Source: Pelomyxa schiedti
Taxonomy: Eukaryota > Protista > Evosea
Assembly (NCBI GenBank): GCA_020536535.1
Contig: JAHLWZ010000088.1
Coordinates: 1 to 49,670 of the forward strand
Direction: 5' to 3'
Length of the DNA: 49,670 bases
In this document: positions 38,146 to 49,228 of the stretch, in pieces
Position numbering within the stretch: position 1 is the stretch's first letter
Layout: each line of letters starts with the position of its first letter
Notes under the pieces: generated by a model
Database searches by the model: none
The model's input: only the letters and a program-made list of their open reading frames with translations
What the model was told of the DNA's origin: nothing
Translations under genes and position numbers: made by a program

Positions 38146-41100
38146 CTACAATCCATTTATGATATTTTCTATCATAAGTCTTCGAGCTACTTGGAGTTTG
38201 CTAGCAAATTCCACGCTCGAGTAGCAGACACGTTCCCCGTTGATAGCTGAAAAATAGAACATAAGGATGGTTAAATGATTTGATAAAAAGGATTACCTTT
38301 ACAAAGGATGAAGTCCCGGAAATACTTCAAGGAATCTCCCTTGAAAATGATGGGATTCTGCAGCTCGGGATGAAAGGAGGGAACACCAGCCTTTGTGGCT
38401 ATTTCACATCTGCAAAGTTTTGGTTTAGGCTCTTAGAAACTTGACAAAATGTAAATGGGAACTCACTGGTATCCACCACTGTCGAGGCATCTAACAACAA
38501 TGAAAATGTCTGTGGAGGGGTGAAAAATCTTTGGAATGTTGGTGAAAGTTACAGTTAAATTGTGACAGCATGATTTCGGGTCTGAAAACAGGTGTACCTT
38601 CGTAAAACAGAATTACAACGATGTCATTTCCTATATGCCTGCATTTTTATTGTGTTATTATGTGATGGCTAGAATTAAAGTGAATGTACCGCTTGCGTTC
38701 TACTTGCTGAGGGTCGTATTCAGACCAGGGCAGAAGGGTAGAAACATGAAACATAAGTTTGAATCCCCTATATTCTGTATACACTGAGTGGGTACCAGTG
38801 GAATTGCCTAAAAAAGGTTAGAAAACTTAATTTAAAGAAGAGTACTTTTAACATCCAGCCCTGCAGCGAATCCTGTGAAGCCTTCGAGGGGAACTTGCGT
38901 ACCAAGGAGATTTAGGAACTGTGTGAACTGTGCACTTCCAACTTCTAATAGTCAGTTAATGGTTTTTTTTTTTTTAATCACTAAGGAAATTCGGTTCGTA
39001 CTGTTTGAGTAAAAGTGCTGATCTTGCGACTGGTGTGGTTGGCAATATATCACACCAATTTTTAGACACTTGGAAATCTAATCAGGGTGAGAAACGATGA
39101 AACTACGGACATATTGCCTGTGAATCGTAGAATTTTAGTAAATTTTTTGTCCAATTGCCGAATTTTGCAGAGGGTACTTCGTTGATTGAAATTGGGGATG
39201 TTGTTGGGGAAACAAGTTTGAGAATCTGTTTGATGGGGACAGAGCTACTTGTTGTGCGGGGAATCTCAATTACCCCCTTGTAGTCAGTCTAAAAGAGTTG
39301 GTTAGATGTTTTCTTTTTTTGGCGGGGGTTGTACAGCTTTAGTGCTTAAAAGGACACGCATAAATTCAAGTCGTGATGTCGGAATCACAGATACAAGGAA
39401 ACTTTGATCTGACTCGAACTTCCCAAAAAAAATACTGTGGCCTTTGTAGGGATAAGTATAACGCATAATCAAACATATTCTCACTTTGTCCCATAAAATG
39501 TTCGCGGTACCAGTTTTCCTTTGATGAGAAAAGTGACTAGGGGACACCAGAAAAGGGAAAAACATACAAAATAGAGAGGATCAGCAATATTGATTGTTCC
39601 TTCAGAAAGGTCGGCGATTCTCTTTGGTCCAATGTATTCTTGCACAATATAACCCTTGCCAGCTTCAATAAGGGGAGCTGGCCACAATTTAGAGGGAGGC
39701 ACTCACTAACTAGTGACTACCAAAGTATTCTGGAACAGTGTTGTTACTAGTATCTGCATCTAAAAGCTCTTTTTAACAATAGCTTTTAAAAGGAAAAAAG
39801 ATCCGTACTCTGGTCTTGGGAGATAGGAAACAGATCTAAACCTTCAAAATTTTAGACTATGGCAAAGGGGGGGCGGGGGAATCCATACAAATATTATCCC
39901 CAACAGTAGGTAGTATGCTTCCACTACGAGATCTTGCTCGGACAGGGAACGATGCATCTAGTGACAATTCAATTGTGGAGAGATAAAAACCTCTCAACCT
40001 GCACGCACTGGTACTTGTTTCGAAGAAGCAACTTTAAGACTCTTACAAAGTGAAGAAAGAGAATCTTGCAGGTCTTGCTTTCCAGACTTCATTGTTTGGA
40101 AGAAATCCAACCGGCAGGCATTTGCAACTAAAGAGTATTAAGCTAGCAATGATGATTGCCCACTACCTTTACGTAATAGTAAAAGATGGAAGCTGGGTTC
40201 TAAGTTTTCATCTATCAGTGGCATTTCAAAAATTGGAGGGAATTGTGGAGTCCCAGGTCTACAAATTACATTCAACCGGTATTTTAGTTTGGGAGACAGT
40301 GATGCATAAGATATATGGAAAATAACACCTGAAGCCAACTTAGTTACGTACGTAGAGTGAAAAAAAGATTTACAAGCATTGGGGTAAGTTGTAAAATCAG
40401 GTTGCTTGTTTGGAGAAAACACCACAAGCACTTTTTTGGTAGAATTTCCAATCTGGTAAATGTGAAAAAAGAAATCTCTTGGAGAGTATACTCAACATGA
40501 AAGTTAATTGGTGGTATCATAGTCCTTTCAAAAGGAGCAGTTTGAAACTCGGATGCCGTATCAGATAAAGTGGACCCAGCCAAAAATTGTAGAAAGTGAT
40601 GAAATCTCATTGAAGAACCAGTTCCTGCATATTTGATTGGAAAACAATGGATTTTCAAGAATACTTACCCTCTTCACCATCTAAAACAGAAGCCCACAGA
40701 GTTGATGGGAATAACAAATTTTCAAATTCAGCGATTTTAGCAGCCTGCTTTAGGTTACTCCTGCACCTCACAAAATTTAATGCCCTTGATAAAAGTTAAA
40801 TAAAATCTCATTGAACGTATTCCTTTGACCTTGTTGACGGATCCAACGCTTGGAAACTTCGGTGATTCGTCCTAGGAGGCAGTAGTAGTCTGCGAGACCC
40901 TTCTTTACTGAATAAAATCGACTTGACGGGTACTGAGTCACTACTATGTTCACTTATGCACAATAAGTATGGGCTGTCCCCATCTTCAGACTTAAATATA
41001 TGTTGAGCTGAATGGTTGTTTCTAAAAAGAACTCATAGGTATAAAACTTACATCCAGCTGGTACAAAGTAATCCCGATAATAGTGGAAATGAAGGTCTGG

Positions 41101-43790
41101 TATCCAAGCAAGAGGGGAGGGTGACGCAGACTGGAACTGGGGGTACTCAAGTTGTGTCAAATCCAAGGAAGACCAATAATCAATGCCGATATTGTTCCAG
41201 GTCAACACTTCAAGCATTTTTAGTTCCTCATGCATTGTAGAAAGTGTTGTAACACTGAGACAATTATGTTAGGGCACTTTCCACTTGCATTCTAGCTAGT
41301 ACCGTCTTGGCAGAGGTGGCATGGTTGGTGTTTCATCTGCTAAGGTGCACTTAGGTGGCGGAGTCCCCATAAGGTTTTGAATTTCGATAGCAACACCAGA
41401 GGAATGGGGTCTTTTCTCGGGGTCATCCTCCATGCATTTCCTTAAGACACTCAGAAATACAGGGAAATTAGACTGAACAACTTTAGAAGCCCCAAGTATG
41501 CCAAACTGAACGCCTTTTCAACTGTACCCAAGGAAGAAAGAAAATCTTAAACTTTGTTATTGGGTCAGAGCCTGGTGGTTGGCAACCTGACTCTAAGTCT
41601 TGGACCGGCCGCAATTTCGAGAACTCTTTCCAAGTTTGAATTTCCCATAACACTGCGTCCGTTTACTTGGAGTAAGTGATCTTGAAAATACTTACCAATC
41701 CCAAAGGCGAGTACATCGGATTGTAGTGAGATGCCAGACTCCGCTGGATTAAGTGATCGTGTCTAAAACAATTGGGTTACAAAAAAGGGGGGTGATCAAA
41801 GGACACTTTAATGATTGGTGAAATCTCAAAGCTGGCATCTGCGATTTTGGCACGCATCTTTGCTGTAACCTTATGATACGTTATATCGAGCAAAAAGCCT
41901 CTTTGTTACCAGAATATTTTCACTGGAATAGGGTCAAGTAAAGAAATGGTTTGAAGATATTTTACCTTTTCAGATTTCCATGGAGAAAAGTAAATGAGTG
42001 CAGAAACTAGATACTTTGAATATAGCTACCAGTTGGAAAGTACTATACCTCCAAACCACTTGCGATATCATATGCAAGCTGGAGTTTAGTGTTATTTTTT
42101 ACATCTAACGAGGAATCCTGCAACAAGCTTCTTAGACTAAGAAATGTAAGATACGAATTTTAAGTCCTTGAGAGCAAAAGAAACCTATGAGGCTCAAATG
42201 GTGTGATGAAGCCAATCGCATCAGGGTAAATACAAGTTCCAATAAGGGGCACAACGCAAGGATGTAAAAAATGACTAAACTCAGTGAACATAACTGGATC
42301 ATAGTGGTTTGTATCTTACGCTCTCATTCTTGCAAGCCCTTTTACCGCTCCAACTGATATTTCAGTCACAGGGAATTTCTTCAATATTATATCCCTGCTA
42401 TGCAGTACACCTCTGTGCACGTTTGCAAACTCCAACAAAAAGTAAACATACTTGTAAGTCATTTCTGAGCCGAGTTGATTGAGGGATTTTATGTCACATG
42501 GGAAAATTTGTTTGTATGCCTCTACTGATGGTGACTCATTTTGTTCCAGAATATGGCATTTTACAACTCGAGAATCAAGCCCTTTTGTTCATTCAGAAGT
42601 AGTGCAGCAAGTGAGATGTAGATACTAGTTGGATATTTTTTCCTTGCCCATTCACTAAAAGTGGTTGTTGTCCTCTGAATGAGCTCTTCGAGGTCATTGC
42701 CCTATAGTTTTTCTAAGAAGGAGTAAAATAGAGACAGTTACCTCTGCTGGGTAAATCTTCGCTCTCGTTGCAAGCATGCATTGCAATCTATACTAAATCT
42801 CCTTTAGGAAGATATAAAGATATTCCACACATACACGGGGGAGTAAGGTATTCAATCGAGATTCTGCTTCCTCTGGTGATATTTGGAGATAGCGCAAAGT
42901 GACACCCGTAGTTTTACTCAAGGTGTGAGTTATTACAGCAATACTTAGGGACTGTGATCCAAGAAGCCAATACTCTTTCCGAAGGTGCACTGGAGGCAAT
43001 AAAAGTATATGTGCAAAAGCCTCCACAAAGTCAGATGTGTCAATCCAGCGAAACCCCTCCTCTAGCATAGGCATACACACAGTCCTGGAACATTTACATA
43101 CGATACGGAATAGAGGAAGGATCGCTAACTTTTGAAAAAGTACAGTAAGATACGTGAAATCCATCATGGGGTTATCAAAGGGAAGCTCATGATGTACAAT
43201 TGAGTAGGAAAATTCCGATTCAAGTTTCAAAGTCTGATCTTGGTTGAAAAACCTTCAACGGTGTGGGTTTACCTGTTCCATCTTACTTTGGAGATTACAG
43301 AAAATATGGGTGCCAGAACAAAACTACAAGTTCTTCTTCAGAAGAGGCAGAAAATTATTTTCTCACCTGAATTGGGAAAACACAGTGTACTCTACAGCTA
43401 GTAGCTACCTTGATAAGGTACTTCATTTGATCCTCTGAAATACCTATATTCATGTAAGTGGAATTCTAGTCACTCACCTTGGAAACCTGACTCTTGGAGG
43501 ACTGGTGTGCAGAGGAGAATACTTGCACCAGCAAAGATTTGCTGGAGGTCTCCCGGGGCCAAGGGATTGTAGGGAACTACGGAGGTAGTTGAAGAAAAAT
43601 CACTCAACTTGGCTGCAGTAAATTCTTGAAGAGATTAAGAGATTCTTAGAAATCAACTCATACTAACCTACAAATTCTGGTGGCTCAAAAATTCGAAGGT
43701 GCACTCCTTTCTTTGCTAAGAATAGTACAACTCTCATCGCGTAGGGAGAGAGATGGGGATATTGCACAAGTATATATGAAGATGGAGGGA
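38146..43790 (-). CDS. NmrA-like domain / pseudokinase / degenerate RapGAP / RapGAP multi-exon protein (probably the C-terminal part of the oxidoreductase gene)
   Basis: NmrA-like: WIDTSDFVEAFAHILL..EYWLLGSQSLS..LSKTTGVTLRY..SPEEA, LIQRTTTTFSEWAR. Kinase fold: YKGVLH..LHPCVVPLIG..LAYDIASGLEFLH..HGNLKS..AKIADAS..SDVLAFG..CMEDDPEKRP. RapGAP: KIGVIYCQ..FLNLLG..GLD..FHVSTLLP..RKRHIGNDIV..SQFN; TAG at 38146-38148. Confidence 0.7.
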
Positions 43791-45958
43791 GGACTGACGG
43801 TTTCTGCTTACCTTTAGTTTGAGGAAGTTAAGAGGCTTTCTCACTTGTATTCTGTTGTCACTGAAACAAAAGCCATGATGAATTTGTTTTGGGAAGAGAC
43901 ATTTTAGTGTAGTGTCTTGCAGTTTGCGCATCTGTACAGCCTTCTCACCAACAGCAACAACAGAATAATTTGTAATGGCAATGCCATTTTGAGTTCCTAA
44001 TCCAATAACAAGAGGTGGGATATCTCTTCATTTTTTTATGAGGTAAACTAAGGGAAAAGAAGAGGTGCATACTTTTTACCAATAATACAGGTTTTTAATG
44101 TCTGTCCTCGGAGTGACCGCTTTATATTCACTATTACTGACTATGTACTAACTCAGTGCTCATAGAAATATTGTAACCCTCCCCACAAGTGTGATGGACT
44201 CAAACCTGTGCCTGTATCATAGCAACTGAAGCCAGTTTTTCAGTGTTACTAGAAATTGCATCCCCACAAGCAAACACTTTATTGAAGCCCTGCACTTGCA
44301 GTTTATCATTGACCTACACCCCATCTCAAATTAGAACCCAATGAAAACAAAGCAAAAAATACCCGGATGTACCCTTCATCGTCCAAAACACCCTCATGAG
44401 CCTTGAAAAATTGGGTGTTTGGCACAACGCTTCTGCAGTCATAGCATCTAGTGCACTTTTTTTTTTTGACGAGAGGTCAACAAGTTGTAAGAGTTTCGAG
44501 TAAAAAGCGCAGATCAGCAAAGAGAACTATGAAAACACACTTTGAAGACTTGACCAGACTCGCAGGTGACAATAAACCCACATTGAGGCTCCAGTTGATA
44601 AACAATGCTCGTCACGATGACGGAACAGAGCAACTGCACATTTTTGGATACCATAAATTTCGTGATGTATGTTTGCACCTACGAAACATGAGATGAGTAC
44701 TTTGGGTAAAGGGTTGGGAAGCCGTTACCTCTGGGGGGAGTTGATGAGCTATTGTCTTCCTTTTCTCTATGATGGTGACTTGCAATTTGGGGAAGCATTC
44801 AGCTATCCATGCAGCCATTTCGAGACCTGTCACCCCTGCCATAATTATCCTTGGGTTAGAGCAGATGTTGGTATTTAGCTTCCGAACCTCCTCCAGCGAT
44901 AATAACTGACTCCGAACAAGCCAGTTCTTCTACTTCATTCTTGATTGCATTTATTCGCGTGTGGATTGATGGAGGAGGACACTTAAATAGCGGACAGTAT
45001 ACTCCAGTGCACACAACTAGATAGTCGTAGGGGAGAAGGCCTACACTTCTTTCTTGTTCAATATATACACCCGTTTTTTGAATTGATGTGACCTGGAAAG
45101 AATCAAGTTAGATAGTTCTACAACTATTTAAAGTGACAACCTTCCCCATTATAATTTGGCCATTAGTGATTGTTCTGCTATGCGGAAGATGAAGTGTTTC
45201 CACTTCATTCCCGTAAGAAGGAAGTAAGTCAGAAACTCCAAGAAAATAGCAAGCGGAGAGGTACATGGAGGAGCCGAGGAACATCCGCAAAGATGAGGTG
45301 GCACCGCGGCAGTAGCCTCCAAGTATTCCTTTATATCTATCAAGAATACCTTGTACTTCTTTGGCTTCTGGTCCAATGCAGCAGCCACAGTTAACCCAGC
45401 AACACCCCCTCCAATAACAACCACTCTAGCTGGATGTGGTGTATCTGATACACCAGAAACAGCAGAGGACGATGAGGCTGAAGACCTGAGGAAGTTTCTA
45501 AAAATGGGCTTTGAAGTCCCACCTGAGTTTTCAGAGGGTGTTGGGAGGGTTGGAAGTGATTTTCGGGCAATGGAGGGTGCTTGAGACGACGAGGATAGCA
45601 ACTGAACCTGAGTGGTAGAGTTTGTCATTGTGGGAGGGCAGACTGAGGGGCAGGAAACGCAGAGGGGCCCTCGGCCTCGTGCGGGCTCTGGGAGGCTGAG
45701 AACCGGCATTGTGGGATGCAGTAGAGGAGATTGTGGTTGAGTTGAGTTGGAGGGGAAGTTTGGCGATGTTGCTGGGCTCGTGCTGAGGGAATGAGGGGTA
45801 GACAGAGGTGGTGCCATTGTGGGAGAAGGATGATCATGTGCGCGGTGAGTGTGTTCTGGTGTTGCAGCCATTGGAGTAAGGTGTTCGTTATGGCGCAACA
45901 AGCGTTCAGTGTTTTTTTCCCTGTGTCCGCTTTGGTAAAAGCTCCTGTTGTTTCTCAA
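43734..45958 (-). CDS. FAD-dependent pyridine nucleotide-disulfide oxidoreductase, AIFM2/FSP1-like, with Ser/Pro-rich N-terminal extension
   Basis: RVVVIGGGVAGLTVA (FAD GxGxxG), GVTGLEMAAWIA (NAD site), VNDKLQVQGFNKVFACGD, IGLGTQNG. 5' end uncertain and may extend toward 46250; 3' end may splice into the NmrA exons. Confidence 0.8.
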
Positions 45959-46381
45959 ACGAAAAGCCTTATCTGAAGAAACATCAATTTGACCCGGGAA
46001 CTCCGTGAAAACCCAGATGGGGGTTTCCCATCTGCCGGTTCGTCAAGAGAACAACTCTCCCGTTTCATGGACGCGAGTGAAATGACACTCGCAGTTTCCT
46101 CCTCTGTGACAGTTCCTCCTGACAATGTTTGCCAAATGGTTTCCCAGACTGTCAAGTCCTGTCCGGTACTTGATTCTCAGGGGCTCTGTGGTTGAAGATC
46201 TCTGAACCCACAGTTGCCCTGGTGAGGGAAAACATCAGGAAAATCTGATGAGAACTGGGCTTATTGGACGTTTCAGTCAAAAAACGGGCAAACCAATGAA
46301 AAACCAAATGAAATCAACACAACCATTTTTTTTCGCTCAAATGGATTCCTTTTTCCGCCTAATGGATGTCTTTTTCGGCTC

Positions 46382-46481
46382 NNNNNNNNNNNNNNNNNNN
46401 NNNNNNNNNNNNNNNNNNNNNNNNNNNNNNNNNNNNNNNNNNNNNNNNNNNNNNNNNNNNNNNNNNNNNNNNNNNNNNNNN
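46382..46481. other. Assembly gap (100 N, placeholder length)
   Basis: Run of exactly 100 N. Confidence 1.
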
Positions 46482-46928
46482 GCGACTGTGCACCAACCAG
46501 AGGGACCAAATCCAGCAGGGAACTCTTCCACAGGTCAACTGGGAATCCGTTGCACCCTCCGGTTGGAATTGTTGCCTGTGTTGCGTAATGGTTTGGTTGT
46601 TCAGTGTAGGTGGCCAGTTGTTGTCACAATATGTTTGACGTAACAATGTACACCAGAAGCGGGGGTGAATGAAACATACCAACGAATGGCACACAGGGCA
46701 CTTCACGTAAGAGGGTATCGTCATGGGCGTGGTGAAAATTAGGGGGGGGCACGTCCTCACGTGCTTGGCGATGCACTCGAGGCACATCGTGTGAAGGCAC
46801 GGCAGCAGCCTTCAAGCAAAGATTCAGGAAATATTACATAAAAAAAAACGAATTGGGGACCGTGGGTCACGGAGGAAACAGGAGCAACAAGGGCATGTTA
46901 TTTGTGCGACCACCTGGCTCTTCTCCAT
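46482..46928 (-). CDS. Partial third copy (C) of the TRIM-like gene: RING exons, cut off by the gap
   Basis: Near-identical to 15195..15621, from ATG 46928 through the RING to LVPLVGAQS, then Ns. Confidence 0.75.
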
Positions 46929-47072
46929 GGGTACACCGTCAGTGCGACTCGCTACCTTCAACAAACTTCCAACTTGGAATCCCTTGCTTGAAGCACAGCA
47001 CCACCTCCTTGAAAGAATAGCTTAACTTTTGTTTTTGAATTGAAGGCTTTCTTGAGAAGGGCGCTCGAATCT

Positions 47073-49228
47073 CTAACTTCGATATCCCGTAGTGGTTGTG
47101 GTCTGGGTGACGTCAGATTGACACGGCGGTTCCGTCGCCAATCCGTTTTGCCCCTGGTGAATGTTATCACATGGTTGAGCCACGTTATCAAAGAAGAAGC
47201 ACTGGTACTCTCCGAAAGTGGAGCTCACAACGAGGAGCTGGTTGGAGGCGGGCAGCCACGACGTCAGTAAGATGCGCTCTGGAGTGAGCGGTGTCGGGAG
47301 CGTGTTGCGGTAGCTTCCGTCGTACTCGCCCGTGGCAGTGTCAAACACGCCGTCGATTTCAGTGGCATGCCTGCCAAAGTAGAACCTCCCCCACACCACG
47401 AACGCGAACATGGTCTGCTTATTGGCACGCGGGACCACCCACGTCTGCCGCAGTGCCAGTGTGTCAGGGTCCACGAGGCTGATGTGTATGTTGTCCTCGG
47501 TCGGCGGTGAGTACAGTAGCCACAGCACACCGCCGGCGTCCGCAAAACAGCCTATGTAGGTGTGTTCGCCCCAGCTCCATGGTGATTGGCTGTTGCTCCC
47601 GGCATTTGACAGGTCGGCTGATGCGACCACGGCTCCATCAGATACGTCCGCCTTGATTATTGTGGCGGTGCCGCGCTGGTTGCAGTAGAAGTGCCCGTTT
47701 AGTACTGCCTGGTAAGTGCCGGCCGGTGGTCCACCCAGCATTTCGTAGTGGAAATACCTTGGGTCGATATTCTCCCTGAAGTTTGCTACGTTCTCGAACT
47801 CTGAAAGGGATTCGCTGCCCCAATCGGAGTTCCAGTACACTTTGCCTGTGGTCTGATCAACAAACGCACGTGCTCCCTTACGTTTGACTGACGGCTCCAT
47901 TGATCTGTCGAGCTCTTTGAGGGTCAACCTCGTTGCAGTGTTAGGAAATCCAAGCTGTGCGAAGCAATGAAGCCGTCCCAATGAAGATGTTGCAGCTGAA
48001 TCACACTCAAATCTCACCTTGTTTGGGTTAGTTGTTTGGGTTTTGTAGATATGTGGATGCATACATCAAAATTCGGGGGTGTGACAACATCTGCACAGAG
48101 CTTCTCAATTTGACTTGTGAGTGCCTGATTCACTGAGATAACCTGGAGATCAGACAGTCTCGTCATTGCCTGCTGCGCGTAAGCTTGTGCCTCAGGTGCG
48201 ACTTTCAACTTCTCGTCACATCCATTAATGTGGTCTTGAAAAATCTTGATAGTGTCAGCACTGTGGGATTGGTATGGCTTGCCTTTTTTGCGGATTCCGT
48301 GTGTGCTTTAAGTTGATAGATTAACTGAGCCTCTCTGGCATTCACCAGAGAAATAATATTGGCGAATTCGGAGTGTATCTCAGACTCCACTTTCTCTGAA
48401 ACTGCTTGGGCGTTTTTACACCCCTCCTTTGCTGTTGTTTAGAACAACAAGGAAAAGGGCTGGGAACGCACGATTGCAGCCAATCTTGAAGTTGATATTT
48501 TTTCCAAATTAGGCACAACATATGAGACACTTGTCAGTTTTGCAGTAGAGCTTTAATTCCTCCAGTGGGTGCTTGGGGCAAAATACCGGCTTGTGCACTA
48601 TGGGGATGGTCGTCGCCTTCGTTTTGAGTTCCTCCACGGTCACAACCTTTCAGAGTTGGATTTCCTTTTGGGGTGAGAAAGTTGAACGCACCTTGTGAGA
48701 AGATGTCCTCTTTGCCCGCAAGTGGTGAGCCTTGTCATCTGGGCACAGGAACACACCACAGGTGGTGCAAGTCCACTCTGCATTGTGGGAGCCACACTCG
48801 GAGCACTCTGGAGGTGGTGGCGTGGTCGTGGCCGGCGACAGTGGGACCAAATCCAGCAGGGAACTCTTCCACAGGTCAACTGGGAATCCGTTGCACCCTC
48901 CGGTTGGAATTGTTGCCTGTGTTGTGTGATTAATTCCGTTCTTACTAGTTGTTGGTAAATGACGCGTTCGCTCACACCAACGAATGGCACACAGGGCACT
49001 CCACGTAAGAGGGTGTCGTCGTGGACGTGGCGGAATTGGGGGAGGGGCACGTGCTCGCGTGCTTGACGATGCACTCGAGGCACATCGTGTGAAGGCACGG
49101 CAGCAGCCTGTCCGAGTGATTCAAGCAGTCAAAGAAATGAAAAGGCATCAAATTGGGAACCGTGGGTCACGGCGGAAACAGGAGCAACAAGGGCATGTTA
49201 TTTGTGCGACCACTTGGCTCTTCTCCAT
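47073..49228 (-). pseudogene. TRIM-like RING/B-box/olfactomedin paralog (copy B) with B-box2 deletion and premature stop; probable pseudogene or truncated allele
   Basis: ATG 49228; RING and B-box1 intact; in-frame TAA at 48509-48511 after ICCA, where ~155 bp present in copy A (14714-14867) are missing; OLF exon 47073..48062 still open. Confidence 0.6.

Noticed and set aside
7990-43790. Ras fusion and RapGAP fusion as a cognate pair
   Set aside because: About 30 kb apart with unrelated genes between; linkage gives no evidence of interaction.
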